A DNA stretch of 64,000 nucleotides from Vicinamibacterales bacterium (GTDB lineage Bacteria > Acidobacteriota > Vicinamibacteria > Vicinamibacterales > JAMQPK01), in NCBI GenBank assembly GCA_035937795.1, contig DASZHO010000149.1, positions 5,185 through 69,184 on the forward strand. The letters run 5' to 3'. Each line of letters starts with the position of its first letter. Positions within the stretch are counted from its first letter, which is position 1. The notes beneath the pieces were generated by a model. It saw only the letters and a list, made by a program, of their open reading frames with translations. It ran no database searches and was not told where the DNA came from. Positions 54,619 to 64,000 of this stretch are shown one piece after another. Position numbers and translations under genes: made by a program.

Positions 54619-57021
54619 ATGCGCGCGACCGTAGTCCTCGCCATGGTCTCTTTCGGCGTCCTTCTCCGGCCGGCAGCGGCGCAGACGCCAGCTCCGCCAA
54701 TTCAGGCGCGTTACGTCGACGGCACGGTCCTCGACTCACAGGGGTTGCCCATCGTCGGCGCGCAGATCGCGCTCGTCGAGTCGCAGAAGCACATGACCAG
54801 GTCGGCCACCAGCTCCACCGATCGCTTCCGCATCGACGGTCTTGCGCCCGGTCTCTACACGCTGCGCGTGACGGCGACCGGGTTCCAGATGCAGGAAATG
54901 TCGATTGATTTGCGCTCCGACGCGACGCGGAGCGTCGAGCTGCGGTTGCAGCCGGCGGGCATCACCGAGCAGATGGTGGTGACCCCCACACGCTCGGAAC
55001 AGCGCCTCGCCGACGTGCCTGCTAGCATGGACGTCGTCACGAGCGAGCAGATTCAACACTCTCCAGCCGTCGTTGCCGATGACGTGCTGCGGCAGATTCC
55101 GACATTCAGTCTGTTCACTCGCGCGAGCAGCCTGTCGTCGCATCCGACGTCCCAGGGCGTGTCGCTTCGCGGAATCGGTCCGAGCGGCGTCAGCCGGACG
55201 CTGGTGATGTCCGACGGCATTCCGCAGAACGACCCGTTTGGCGGGTGGGTGTACTGGACGCGCATCCCGCTGGAGAGCGTCAACAGGATCGAAGTCGTCG
55301 ACGGGCCGAGCTCGAGCTTGTACGGCAACTACGCGATGGGCGGCGTCATCAACATCATGACCTCGGGTGCGGTGAAACAAGCGCTCGAGTTGAAACCGCA
55401 GTACGGCAATCACAACAGCCCGAAGTTGGATGTCTTGGCGAGCGATGTCTGGGGCAAGCTGGGGGCCATCGTGGAAGGCAGCGTGTTCGATACGGACGGC
55501 TTTCCCATTGTGGCCGCCGCCGAACGGGGGTCGATTGATAACAACGCCAAGGTGAATTTCCGCAACGTGAACCTCAAGCTCGACTACACGCCGACAGGTC
55601 GCGTGAACACGTTTCTCCGTACCGGATACTTTCACGAGAATCGAAACAACGCCAAGATCAGCACGTTCGTTCCAGTCGTCGAGGAAGGGAACGACACGAC
55701 TTGGAAATTCGTGAATGGCGGCACACGGATCGCGCTGCCGGATTCGAGCGACCTTCAGGCGAACCTGTTCTCGGACTTCGAGACGTTTCACAGCAACTTT
55801 CTCGCCGTTCCCGCGACGACGCCACAGCGAAGCATTGCCCGCGCCACGCTCAATCAGACGGTGCCGGCCAAGGATGTCGGTGGGATGGTGCAATGGTCGA
55901 GGGCGCTCGGCAGCATGAATCTCGTGACAGCCGGAACCGATTGGCACTGGGTCAAGGGTGAGAGCCAGGAGGACGGCCTCGACGCTCAAACTGGGACGAG
56001 CGTCGTGCTCCATCGTGTTTCGGGCGGAGCCCAACGAAGCGCCGGCGCGTTCGTCCAGGACGTCATCACACCGCTGTCGAAGCTGACGATCACCCTGGCG
56101 GTGCGCCTCGATCACTGGCGTAACTACAACGCTCATAACCTCGAGAACACGGTATCCGGCGGCGAACTCGGCGCGCCGACCGTGAACAACAACCCCGGCC
56201 TTCCCGGACAGACCCAGACCGTCGACACTCCGCGAGCGGCAGCGATCTATCACGTGACCGATCGCGTCAACATCTGGGGCGACGTCAACTCTGGATTTCG
56301 TGCGCCGACGCTCAACGAGCTGTATCGGCAGTTCAAGAAGGGCACCACCACGACGCTTGCGAACTACACGCTTGTGCCGGAGCGGCTCGTTGGAGGAGAA
56401 GGCGGCCTAAACATCACGGTCGCGCACAATATGACCGTCCGGGCGACGGTGTTTGACAACCACGTGCGGAATCCCGTGACGAACGTCACGATTACAACGC
56501 CCGTCACGCCGGTGACGCTGCCTACCGCTACGGCAACGTGCATTCCATCCGCGAGCCAGATCTGTGTGCAGCGGCAGAATGTCGGCCGGACCGAAATTCC
56601 GGGCGTCCAGCTCGACGTGGAATACCGCTTCGGCGGTTGGCGAGTCACGGCTGGTTATGTGCACGAACACGCGACCGTGAAGGAGAACAATGCCAACACC
56701 GCGATTGTCGGCAATTTTTTGCCGGAGGTGCCGAAGAATCGCGGTTCGGTGCAAATTGCCTACGTGAATCCGAAATTCGCGAGCGTGGCGTTTGACGTTC
56801 AAGGTGTTGGCGCGCAATTCGACGATGATCTGAACACGCGCGTCTTGCCCAGTTACGGCGTGGCGAATCTCAGCGTATCGCGGACGATCGTGAAGGATGC
56901 GGACGTGTTCTTCGGCATTCAGAACATGTTCAACAAGGTGTACGACGTTGCGACATTGCCGACGACGATCGGATCGCCGCGTCTGGTGAATGCGGGAATT
57001 CGGCTCCGCGTTGGACGGTAG
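54619..57021 (+). CDS. TonB-dependent receptor with N-terminal carboxypeptidase-regulatory-like domain
   Basis: ORF 54613..57021; ATG at 54619, 7 nt after GGGAG. Signal peptide, CarboxypepD_reg-like YVDGTVLDSQGLPIVGAQIAL, plug (VSLRGIGPSGVSRTLVMSDGIPQNDPFGG) and beta-barrel with a C-terminal aromatic-rich end. Confidence 0.9.
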   Translation: MRATVVLAMVSFGVLLRPAAAQTPAPPIQARYVDGTVLDSQGLPIVGAQIALVESQKHMTRSATSSTDRFRIDGLAPGLYTLRVTATGFQMQEMSIDLRSDATRSVELRLQPAGITEQMVVTPTRSEQRLADVPASMDVVTSEQIQHSPAVVADDVLRQIPTFSLFTRASSLSSHPTSQGVSLRGIGPSGVSRTLVMSDGIPQNDPFGGWVYWTRIPLESVNRIEVVDGPSSSLYGNYAMGGVINIMTSGAVKQALELKPQYGNHNSPKLDVLASDVWGKLGAIVEGSVFDTDGFPIVAAAERGSIDNNAKVNFRNVNLKLDYTPTGRVNTFLRTGYFHENRNNAKISTFVPVVEEGNDTTWKFVNGGTRIALPDSSDLQANLFSDFETFHSNFLAVPATTPQRSIARATLNQTVPAKDVGGMVQWSRALGSMNLVTAGTDWHWVKGESQEDGLDAQTGTSVVLHRVSGGAQRSAGAFVQDVITPLSKLTITLAVRLDHWRNYNAHNLENTVSGGELGAPTVNNNPGLPGQTQTVDTPRAAAIYHVTDRVNIWGDVNSGFRAPTLNELYRQFKKGTTTTLANYTLVPERLVGGEGGLNITVAHNMTVRATVFDNHVRNPVTNVTITTPVTPVTLPTATATCIPSASQICVQRQNVGRTEIPGVQLDVEYRFGGWRVTAGYVHEHATVKENNANTAIVGNFLPEVPKNRGSVQIAYVNPKFASVAFDVQGVGAQFDDDLNTRVLPSYGVANLSVSRTIVKDADVFFGIQNMFNKVYDVATLPTTIGSPRLVNAGIRLRVGR

Positions 57022-57055
57022 GTAGGCGGCGGAGACTGGCAGCGGTGTCCAGCGG

Positions 57056-58045
57056 CTAGGAAGCTCCTGCCGCGGCGACCGCCTCGCGGATGCCTTTCAC
57101 CTTCTTGCCGATCCGGAGCGATGCGTCCAGGATGGCGCCGATCCGGATGCCGCCGGGCAGCTTGTGGCGGCTGACCGCGGCCAGCCCGGCTGATGCGATG
57201 CACCCGCAGTTGGCGCAATCGGGGTTGCCGCCGAACTGGCACGGCGTGATCGGCTTCTCGAAATTCGATGACACACACACGGTGGTCTTCGCGAACGTGC
57301 ACTCGCTCGGCGAATGCGGCGGCATCGTATAAGACTCAATCATTTCCTTCGGCATCCGTAGCTTCGGGTATCTGCTGCGGAGCACCATCAAATCGTCGAT
57401 CACGCGCTGGCGGTCGCTTTTGGTGAGCCGCTCGGCCGACAACTCGCCCACCTGGGGCGTATAGAGGCTGAACCAGATCTGCCAGATGTTCGGATTCGGC
57501 GACCAGAATTTCACAAATTCTTCAAGGTAACCCTCGCGACGCACCTGCTGGCGCGTCACCGTGCAATGCACGGCGACGTGATGTCCGTCGATGTGCTTCA
57601 GGATGCGATCGTAGGTTGCCGGCTTGCGACGCTCGTCGTGTTCGGGCTGCAGTCCGTCGATCGACACCACGATCCGGAGCCGGCGCAGCCCGTGCCATTC
57701 GAGTGGGATCGGGCGTACTGCGCTGGTGACGAGCTGCGTGTAGATGCCCATGGCCGCCATGCGCGGGAGAATCTCGTTCAGCTCGCGATATCGCACAAGC
57801 GGCTCGCCGCCGACAATCGACACATGGAGCGGTCGATGTTTCGCGAGCAGCGCGAACATCGCCTCGACGAGCTCCTGGCCCTTGAAGTCCTGCAGCTCGC
57901 GAAGCGTGATGTCGCCGCCGAGATGGTCGCTCCCGTAGGCGTAGCACCCCGGGCAGGTGAGCGGGCACTCCCGCGTGATCTCGATCGAGAGATTTGGTTG
58001 ATAGCCGACCAGGATCCTGCCCCAGGCCTTGAAGATCGCTTCCAT
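57056..58045 (-). CDS. Radical SAM protein, subfamily not recognised
   Basis: ORF 57056..58138; ATG at 58045 lies 4 nt after AAGGAG. CxxxCxxC in ITRECPLTCPGCY. C-terminal extra cysteines: PCQFGGNPDCANCGC. Confidence 0.85.
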   Translation of the reverse strand: MEAIFKAWGRILVGYQPNLSIEITRECPLTCPGCYAYGSDHLGGDITLRELQDFKGQELVEAMFALLAKHRPLHVSIVGGEPLVRYRELNEILPRMAAMGIYTQLVTSAVRPIPLEWHGLRRLRIVVSIDGLQPEHDERRKPATYDRILKHIDGHHVAVHCTVTRQQVRREGYLEEFVKFWSPNPNIWQIWFSLYTPQVGELSAERLTKSDRQRVIDDLMVLRSRYPKLRMPKEMIESYTMPPHSPSECTFAKTTVCVSSNFEKPITPCQFGGNPDCANCGCIASAGLAAVSRHKLPGGIRIGAILDASLRIGKKVKGIREAVAAAGAS

Positions 58046-58146
58046 ACGTCTCCTTGCCGCTCCGGTCGTGGCAACGGGAATCAAGACACTGTACCAGAAA
58101 CGGCGCAATTTGTGCGATTTCGTACAGAAATCAGCCACCTGCCATA

Positions 58147-58554
58147 ATGTGCAATCTGCGTATGGTCAAACGGCGGCGGTCAAAAGTACACGGATGGGGA
58201 GTCTTCGCCAGTGAACCCATCAACAAGAACAAACGGATTATCGATTATGCCGGTGAGAAGATCTCACAGCAGGAGAGCCTGAAGCGTGAGCGACGATACA
58301 TCAGGAAAGGTTTGATCTGGTGCTTTCAGATCAACCGGCGGTGGGTGCGCGACGCGGCCGTGGGCGGCAACATCGCCCGCTTCATCAACCACTCCTGCCA
58401 TCCCAACTGCTACATCCACATCGTCGGCCACACGATCTGGATCCGCGCGGCCCGGAGCATCCGGAAGGGCGAAGAGCTGACCTACGACTACATGACCGAC
58501 GGCGAAGGGCACATCAGGTGCCGGTGCACCAGGACGTGTCAGAGGCTCTTGTAG
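58147..58554 (+). CDS. SET-domain protein (putative protein-lysine methyltransferase)
   Basis: ORF 58054..58554; ATG at 58147 or 58162. SET hallmarks: SKVHGWGVFA, ARFINHSCHPNC, ELTYDY, and a post-SET-like CRCTRTC. Confidence 0.8.
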   Translation: MCNLRMVKRRRSKVHGWGVFASEPINKNKRIIDYAGEKISQQESLKRERRYIRKGLIWCFQINRRWVRDAAVGGNIARFINHSCHPNCYIHIVGHTIWIRAARSIRKGEELTYDYMTDGEGHIRCRCTRTCQRLL

Positions 58555-58558
58555 CCCG

Positions 58559-59245
58559 ATGCATGTCTTCTATCTTCACGGCTTCGCCTCCTCGCCTCAG
58601 TCGACCAAGGCGCAGTTTTTCGGCGAGCGTCTCGCCGCGCGCGGCGTGAAGCTTCACTGTCCGGACTTCAACCAGCCTGACTTTTCCACCCTGACCGTTT
58701 CGCGAATGCTGGAGCAGATGGAGAGGTGTATCGAGGCCCTGCCCCCGGGCGACGTCATCCTGATTGGATCCAGCCTCGGCGGCTTTGTCGCCGTCGAAGC
58801 TGCGGCGGCTGGCGTCAATCAGGCGCGGCATCCTGTGACGCAGTTGGTGCTGCTGGCGCCGGCGGTCGAGCTCGAATGGGAGCAATGGCCGGAAATCGGG
58901 CCGGGCGGCATCGAGAGCTGGCGGAGGAACGGGAGCATCGAGGTGTTCCACTACGCTTATAACGCCCCGCAGCCGCTCGGGTTTTCGTTCTACGAAGACG
59001 CCATCCGGTACTCACCGGCGTCCAGGCGCCTCGAAGCGCCGATGCTGATCTTTCAAGGCCGCCGCGACGAATCGGTCCAGCCTGCGACCGTCGAGCGATT
59101 CGCGCATGCGCAGCCGCACGCAACGCTGCACCTTCTGGACGACGATCATCAGCTGAAGGGAAGCCTGGGCTTTATCTGGCGCGCAATCGAGTTCCGAATC
59201 CCATCACTTGGCGTTCGGGAATATCCTGGGCCAGAAGTCCTATAA
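58559..59245 (+). CDS. YqiA/YcfP-type alpha/beta-fold esterase
   Basis: MHVFYLHGFASSPQSTKA and nucleophile elbow GSSLGG, with a C-terminal DDDHQL catalytic-type His. Confidence 0.75.
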   Translation: MHVFYLHGFASSPQSTKAQFFGERLAARGVKLHCPDFNQPDFSTLTVSRMLEQMERCIEALPPGDVILIGSSLGGFVAVEAAAAGVNQARHPVTQLVLLAPAVELEWEQWPEIGPGGIESWRRNGSIEVFHYAYNAPQPLGFSFYEDAIRYSPASRRLEAPMLIFQGRRDESVQPATVERFAHAQPHATLHLLDDDHQLKGSLGFIWRAIEFRIPSLGVREYPGPEVL

Positions 59246-59246
59246 T
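59241..59246 (+). promoter_or_regulatory. Perfect TATAAT hexamer 18 nt upstream of msrP, overlapping the stop codon of the esterase gene (candidate -10 box)
   Basis: agtccTATAATcaaggataGGAGAGtcccATG. Confidence 0.3.
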
Positions 59247-59264
59247 CAAGGATAGGAGAGTCCC

Positions 59265-60227
59265 ATGCTTGTGAAGAAGGCACCAGACATCCGGTCGTCG
59301 GAGATTACCGATAAGAGACTGTATTTGCGCCGCCGCGAGTTCATCCAGGGCGCCGCCGTTGCCGCCGTCGGAGCCGCTGCCGGTGGACTGGTGCCCGCCG
59401 CCGAGGCTGCCCCGAGCTGGCCGCGCGTGAAAATTCCGAACGTGCAGCAAGCCCAGCCGGCATTCACAACCACCGAAAAGCCCAACAGCTATCAGGACAT
59501 CACCACTTACAACAATTTCTACGAGTTCGGCACCGAGAAAGAGGATCCCTCGAACAACGCCGGGCCGCTGAAAACCAAACCCTGGACCGTAAAGGTAGAT
59601 GGCCTCGTGAACAAGCCGGCCGACTACCAGCTCGAAGACCTCATCAAGCCGTACGCGCTTGAAGAGCGCGTCTACCGGCATCGCTGCGTCGAAGCATGGT
59701 CGCTGGTGATTCCGTGGGTGGGCTTTCCGCTCGCGAGCCTCTTGAAGACCGCCGATCCCAAGTCGACGGCGAAGTTCGTGGAACTTACGACGCTTTACAA
59801 TCCGCAGCAGATGCCCGGGCAGCGCACGAGCGTCCTGCGCTGGCCTTATGTGGAAGGGCTGCGGCTGGACGAGGCGATGCACCCGCTGACAATTCTGGCC
59901 GTCGGGCTCTACGGCGAATATCTGCCGAATCAGGACGGCGCGCCGCTGCGGCTGGTGGTGCCCTGGAAGTATGGATTCAAGGGCGCGAAATCGATCGTTC
60001 GCATTCGCCTGACAGATCGCCAGCCGCTGAACACATGGCAGCTGAGCGCGCCGAGCGAATACGGCTTCTACTCGAACGTGAACCCGTCGGTCGATCACCC
60101 TCGCTGGTCGCAAGCCAGAGAGCGGCGCATCGGCGAGTTCTTCAAGCGGCCGACGCTGATGTTCAATGGCTACGGCGACCAGGTGGCGTCGCTTTACACC
60201 GGCTTGGACTTGAAGAAAAACTACTAG
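59265..60227 (+). CDS. msrP: Protein-methionine-sulfoxide reductase catalytic subunit MsrP (YedY), Tat-exported molybdoenzyme
   Basis: Tat signal [19 protein letters not shown]. YedY-like blocks: [36 protein letters not shown]. Confidence 0.9.
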   Translation: MLVKKAPDIRSSEITDKRLYLRRREFIQGAAVAAVGAAAGGLVPAAEAAPSWPRVKIPNVQQAQPAFTTTEKPNSYQDITTYNNFYEFGTEKEDPSNNAGPLKTKPWTVKVDGLVNKPADYQLEDLIKPYALEERVYRHRCVEAWSLVIPWVGFPLASLLKTADPKSTAKFVELTTLYNPQQMPGQRTSVLRWPYVEGLRLDEAMHPLTILAVGLYGEYLPNQDGAPLRLVVPWKYGFKGAKSIVRIRLTDRQPLNTWQLSAPSEYGFYSNVNPSVDHPRWSQARERRIGEFFKRPTLMFNGYGDQVASLYTGLDLKKNY

Positions 60228-60905
60228 ATGTCGCGCGACCGTCTCATCCGCTGGGTTGCCAAGCCCATCGTGTGGGGGGTCGCGCTGCTTCCAGCCGCGT
60301 TCATGGCCTGGGCGGCGCTGAACGGGCGGCTGGGCGCCGACCCGCTCAAGGAGATCACGCACGAAACGGGCGACTGGACCCTCCGCTTCATCGTCATCAC
60401 GATTGCGATCTCACCCGTGCGCCGCCTCAGCGGCTGGAACAGCCTCATCAAGTTTCGGCGTCTGTGCGGGCTGTTCGCGTTCTTCTACGGAACGCTGCAT
60501 TTCCTCATTTACGTGATCGCGGATCGATTCGCCGGCCTCGAATTCCGTGACGGGATCTGGGCGTTGAGCACCGCGCGTGAGCTGGCGCGATCGATCTGGG
60601 ACGATATCTACAAGCGGCCCTACATCACGGTTGGGTTCACCGGCTTCGCGGCGATGATTCCGCTGGCCGTCACGTCGACCGCGGAGTGGATTCGCCGCCT
60701 CGGCGGGCGCAACTGGAACCGGCTTCACCGGCTGGTCTATCTCACGGCGGTGGCTGGGGTCGTTCATTACTGGTGGCTTGTGAAAGCGGACATTCGGCAC
60801 CCGGCCGTTTACGCGGCGCTCGTCGCTCTGCTGTTGGGCTTCCGGCTCGTGCAGTCGGTGAAGCGAGCGCGGGTTCAGCGTCAGCTCTTGCAGGCGCGGG
60901 CGTGA
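60228..60905 (+). CDS. msrQ: MsrQ (YedZ) haem-b membrane subunit
   Basis: Starts 1 nt after the msrP stop. Ferric-reductase-like six-TM protein with conserved His residues (TLHFLIY, VVHYWW). Confidence 0.85.
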   Translation: MSRDRLIRWVAKPIVWGVALLPAAFMAWAALNGRLGADPLKEITHETGDWTLRFIVITIAISPVRRLSGWNSLIKFRRLCGLFAFFYGTLHFLIYVIADRFAGLEFRDGIWALSTARELARSIWDDIYKRPYITVGFTGFAAMIPLAVTSTAEWIRRLGGRNWNRLHRLVYLTAVAGVVHYWWLVKADIRHPAVYAALVALLLGFRLVQSVKRARVQRQLLQARA

Positions 60906-62608
60906 GGGCGACGAGCGATCTTGCCTGGGCGCTTTCTCCCGACCTTCAGGCCAAGGTCGACGCCCGCCTCGCGCAGATGCGCCAGCAGGATGTGGTTCGA
61001 CGCATCTGGGCGGCGGACCCATTCGTATGGACCGGCGCCGACGAAGATCGGTGGCTCGGCTGGCTGAATCTTCCCCTCGAAGAGCGCGCCGCGCTGCCTC
61101 GAGTCATCCCGTTCGCCGAACAGCTGTCGCGCGAGCGGATTACGGATGTCGTGCTGCTTGGCATGGGGGGTTCGAGTCTCGCACCCGAAGTGATCCAATC
61201 GATCCTGGGAGTGCGTGAAGGCCGGCCGGCGCTTCATGTTCTCGATTCCACCGATCCCGTCCAGATTCTGGGTCTCGCGCGCCGGATCAGCTTCCGCCAA
61301 TCGCTCTTTCTGGTGGCGTCAAAATCGGGCAGCACCCTCGAAGTGAACATCCTGAAGCAATACTTCTACTCGCTGGCGGTGCAGCAGCTCGGCGAGACGG
61401 AGGCGGGACGTCATTTCGTGCTGACGACTGACCCGGGGTCGAGATTGCGTCAAATGGCGGCGCAAGAGCACTTCAGAGAGATCTTTGACGGCGTTCCCAG
61501 CGTGGGCGGACGCTACTCGGCGCTGTCGAATTTCGGCGTCGTCCCGGCGGCGGCGATTGGCGCAGATGTGACGCTGCTGCTCGACCGCGCGGAAGCCATG
61601 GCCCGCCGCTCGGCAAAAGACGATGACCAGAATTCCCCGTTGCAGCTTGGCGTCATACTCGGCATGCTGGCGCTGGACGGCCGTGACAAGCCAACGCTGA
61701 TTGCCCCGCCGGCCCTCGCCAGCTTCGGCACGTGGCTCGAACAGCTGATGGCCGAATCGCTGGGCAAACAAGGAAAGGGAATCATTCCGATTAGCGGCGA
61801 GATGCCGGGGTCGCCCGACGTTTATGGCAAGGATCGCGTCTTCGTTCAGTTGCGCTCGCCGGGTGCGCCGGACGCCGAAGCCGACGCGCAGGTCGATCGG
61901 CTCGAGCGCGGCGGCCAGCCGGTGGTGCGCATCACGTGGGCCGATCGCTACGCCCTTGGCGCCGAGTTCTACCGCTGGGAATTTGCGACGGCGATCATGG
62001 GCGCCGTGATCGGTGTGAACCCGTTCGATCAGCCCGATGTGGAGGAAAGCAAGATCGTGACCCGCCGCATTGCGGCGGAGTTCGAAAGGACAGGCAAGCT
62101 GCCCGACGATACGCCGCTCCTGCAGCAGCAGGGTCTTACGTTGTTCGCCGGTGCGCGCCAGCAGAAGATCATGGGCGACCATTCCTCTGTGGTCTCGTAC
62201 CTGAAGGCATTTCTGGCGCAACTGGGTGGCGGCGACTACTTCGCGCTGGTCGCGTTCATCGAACGCAATGACGCCCACGAGCGCGCCCTGCAAGGCATCC
62301 GCGACCTGGTGCGCGATCGCGTCAAGGTGGCGACGACCGTCGGCTTTGGCCCGCGCTTTTTGCATTCCACGGGCCAGGCGCACAAAGGCGGGCCCAATTC
62401 CGGCGTGTTCCTGCAAATCACGGCCGACGCAGCGGAGGACGCGCCGGTGCCGGGCCAGCGTTACAGTTTTGGTACGATCGAGCTCGCGCAGGCGCGCGGC
62501 GACTTCGAGGTCCTGGCTTCCCGCGGCCGTCGGTTGCTGCGCGTGCATTTGAAAGACTTGAAGACCGGACTGCAAACCCTCCACGCCGCCGTCCAGCAAG
62601 CGCTCTGA
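60902..62608 (+). CDS. pgi: Glucose-6-phosphate isomerase (PGI domain of the transaldolase/PGI type)
   Basis: ORF 60686..62608. GTG 60902 overlaps the msrQ TGA (GTGA). SIS motifs: VVLLGMGGSSLAPEV, ASKSGSTLE, and the PGI signature SVGGRYSALSNFG. Confidence 0.8.
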   Translation: MRATSDLAWALSPDLQAKVDARLAQMRQQDVVRRIWAADPFVWTGADEDRWLGWLNLPLEERAALPRVIPFAEQLSRERITDVVLLGMGGSSLAPEVIQSILGVREGRPALHVLDSTDPVQILGLARRISFRQSLFLVASKSGSTLEVNILKQYFYSLAVQQLGETEAGRHFVLTTDPGSRLRQMAAQEHFREIFDGVPSVGGRYSALSNFGVVPAAAIGADVTLLLDRAEAMARRSAKDDDQNSPLQLGVILGMLALDGRDKPTLIAPPALASFGTWLEQLMAESLGKQGKGIIPISGEMPGSPDVYGKDRVFVQLRSPGAPDAEADAQVDRLERGGQPVVRITWADRYALGAEFYRWEFATAIMGAVIGVNPFDQPDVEESKIVTRRIAAEFERTGKLPDDTPLLQQQGLTLFAGARQQKIMGDHSSVVSYLKAFLAQLGGGDYFALVAFIERNDAHERALQGIRDLVRDRVKVATTVGFGPRFLHSTGQAHKGGPNSGVFLQITADAAEDAPVPGQRYSFGTIELAQARGDFEVLASRGRRLLRVHLKDLKTGLQTLHAAVQQAL

Positions 62609-62721
62609 CAAGAGAGCCGCCTGCCCTGTCGAAAGTTAAAAACCATCACAGCTGTACTACAATGATTGAGATCCCGGCTAAACACGCGGGAATCAAGGCG
62701 GAAACCAAAAAAGGAAGAGTT

Positions 62722-63303
62722 ATGCGCCTCACGCCAATCAGGGCGACATCGTTTGTGCTCTTGCTCGGCCTCACGCAGATGGTCGCCGCACAGGGTCAGC
62801 AAGGCCAGCAGGGACTCCGACAGCCAGATGTCATTTACGTGCCAACGCGGCAGACCGTTGTCGACGCAATGCTGAACGTTGCCAAGGTGAAAGCCGGCGA
62901 CGTGGTGTACGACCTCGGCTGCGGCGATGGCCGGATCGTGGTGACCGCGGCCAAGCTTGGCGCGCGCGGGATCGGCATCGATATCGACCCGCAACGCGTT
63001 GCGGAAGCGAACCAGAACGTTCAGCGAAACGGCGTCGGCGATCGCGTGAAGATCCTCAATCAGGATCTTTTCACCACCGACTTCAGCGACGCGTCGGTCG
63101 TTGCATTGTATCTGCTGCCGTCATTGAATTTGCGGCTTCGCCCGATTCTGTGGAAAACGCTGAAGCCCGGCACGCGCGTTGTCTCCCACGAGTTCGACAT
63201 GGGCGACTGGAAGCCAGAGCAGACGCTGAATGTGGATGGCGCGACCATCTACTACTGGACGATTACTCCCGATCTCGCCAAACGCGCGGCGGCTGAGCGG
63301 TAG
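62722..63303 (+). CDS. Class I SAM-dependent methyltransferase carrying an N-terminal signal peptide
   Basis: ORF 62662..63303. ATG 62722 follows AAGGAAG. MRLTPIRATSFVLLLGLTQMVAAQ is signal-like. Motif I: VVYDLGCGDGRIV. Confidence 0.8.
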   Translation: MRLTPIRATSFVLLLGLTQMVAAQGQQGQQGLRQPDVIYVPTRQTVVDAMLNVAKVKAGDVVYDLGCGDGRIVVTAAKLGARGIGIDIDPQRVAEANQNVQRNGVGDRVKILNQDLFTTDFSDASVVALYLLPSLNLRLRPILWKTLKPGTRVVSHEFDMGDWKPEQTLNVDGATIYYWTITPDLAKRAAAER

Positions 63304-63311
63304 TCCTTTTT

Positions 63312-64000
63312 TCAGCCAGCCTTTCCGATCGAGACGCCGCTCTTGAACAAGAGAGCGAGGCCGACCGCGGCCCAGCAGAGGTTGCGCGCGGTTCGGACGG
63401 TGGCGATGGTCACACCCGTGGGCGTTCCGATTCCGATCATGCCCGCGACCAGACCCGATCCAGCCTGGTCGACACCCATCCGGAGCGGTACGAACTTGAA
63501 CGCAATCGTGATCACGCGCTCCACCGTCTCCAGAATCAGCGCCAGCAGCAGCGTGCGGCCAGAATGGCCGAGGAGCATCCAGAGGAGAATGTAAATCTCC
63601 AGGACGGCAGCCGCATGAAACGCAAATTCAAGCACCAGAATGCGCCCGAGCCGGTCGCGATGCGCTGACGCAAACCGAAAAATCGTCTTTTCTGCGTTTC
63701 TCACGACATCGTGCTGGAGAAACCGGCTCAGCACCTTGGGCTGGCTCCGGAGCAGCCACCACACTGTGACGATGGCGATCAGAGCGACAAGGCTGACGCC
63801 GATCGTCACAAACAGGGGCCCCTCGGTTGGCCTGAAGCCGAGGAGAAACGCGAGCGTGCCCACGCCCACCATTACTGCCACGCTGATGCTGTAGAAAATA
63901 TTTTCGAGCACCACCGACGAGACGGCGTCGGCGGCGGGAAGCTTGCGGCGGCTCAAAATCGCCTTGATACTCTCGCTGGCGACCGGTCCGAGAGGCGTCA
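63312..64000 (-). CDS. Flippase-like / lysylphosphatidylglycerol-synthase-TM-domain family membrane protein, C-terminal part (5' end beyond the right edge)
   Basis: ORF 63312..63956 is listed from a TTG, but the frame stays open to position 64000 (..TPLGPVASESIKAILSRRKLP..). Polytopic membrane protein. The family call is tentative. Confidence 0.5.
   Translation of the reverse strand, partial: TPLGPVASESIKAILSRRKLPAADAVSSVVLENIFYSISVAVMVGVGTLAFLLGFRPTEGPLFVTIGVSLVALIAIVTVWWLLRSQPKVLSRFLQHDVVRNAEKTIFRFASAHRDRLGRILVLEFAFHAAAVLEIYILLWMLLGHSGRTLLLALILETVERVITIAFKFVPLRMGVDQAGSGLVAGMIGIGTPTGVTIATVRTARNLCWAAVGLALLFKSGVSIGKAG

Noticed and set aside
58097-58125. GAAACGG-N16-TCGTAC upstream of the SET-domain gene as a fourth copy of the ECF promoter.
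   Set aside because: The -10 position reads TCGTAC rather than GTCTAA, and shifting the register breaks the spacing. This is not the same motif.

Overview
GC-rich (clearly above 60% by eye), tightly packed chromosomal segment with about 57 protein-coding genes. Many genes are joined by ATGA/GTGA start-stop overlaps. The gene content (CarboxypepD_reg-type TonB receptor, ECF sigma with a DUF6249-like partner, a four-helix-bundle protein, many secreted unknowns) suggests an Acidobacteriota-like soil bacterium; that is an inference only. I saw no rRNA, tRNA, CRISPR array, transposase, integrase or phage genes. Recognisable modules, left to right: a four-gene ABC export operon; a catabolic-looking operon led by a 929-aa fusion protein; PIG-L deacetylase plus PLP decarboxylase; a receiver domain plus two tandem PQQ-type sugar dehydrogenases; a YdiJ-like FAD/Fe-S oxidoreductase; a membrane-fused spermidine-synthase-like protein; an ECF sigma/anti-sigma locus; parC-parE; a coupled operon of unknowns with GNATs; a NatAB-like ABC pair; arsR-methyltransferase/metH/CPXCG diverging from a NiCoT-like transporter; the imuA-imuB-dnaE2 mutagenesis cassette; a TonB receptor; a radical SAM / SET-domain divergent pair; msrPQ; pgi. 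Five signals are not explained by plain gene calling. (1) One ECF-type promoter, GAAAC-N18-GTCTAA, is present three times within 1.3 kb. It links the sigma operon, a membrane protein gene and an unlisted 52-aa zinc-ribbon ORF into a mini-regulon. (2) The only strong intrinsic terminator in the window sits 11 nt upstream of the ABC export operon, at the end of a 278-nt gene-free spacer. This suggests a riboswitch/attenuator leader or a small RNA. (3) A dispersed family of heptanucleotide tandem arrays (AGCCCAR, TCYACYT, GGTCCYC) and other short arrays fills intergenic spacers and is also inserted in frame in imuB and dnaE2. (4) Perfect 9-20 bp tandem duplications lie on translation start/stop junctions. 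(5) A DoxX-like gene is broken by two single-base frameshifts. All family assignments come from motif recognition by eye; no database search was run.
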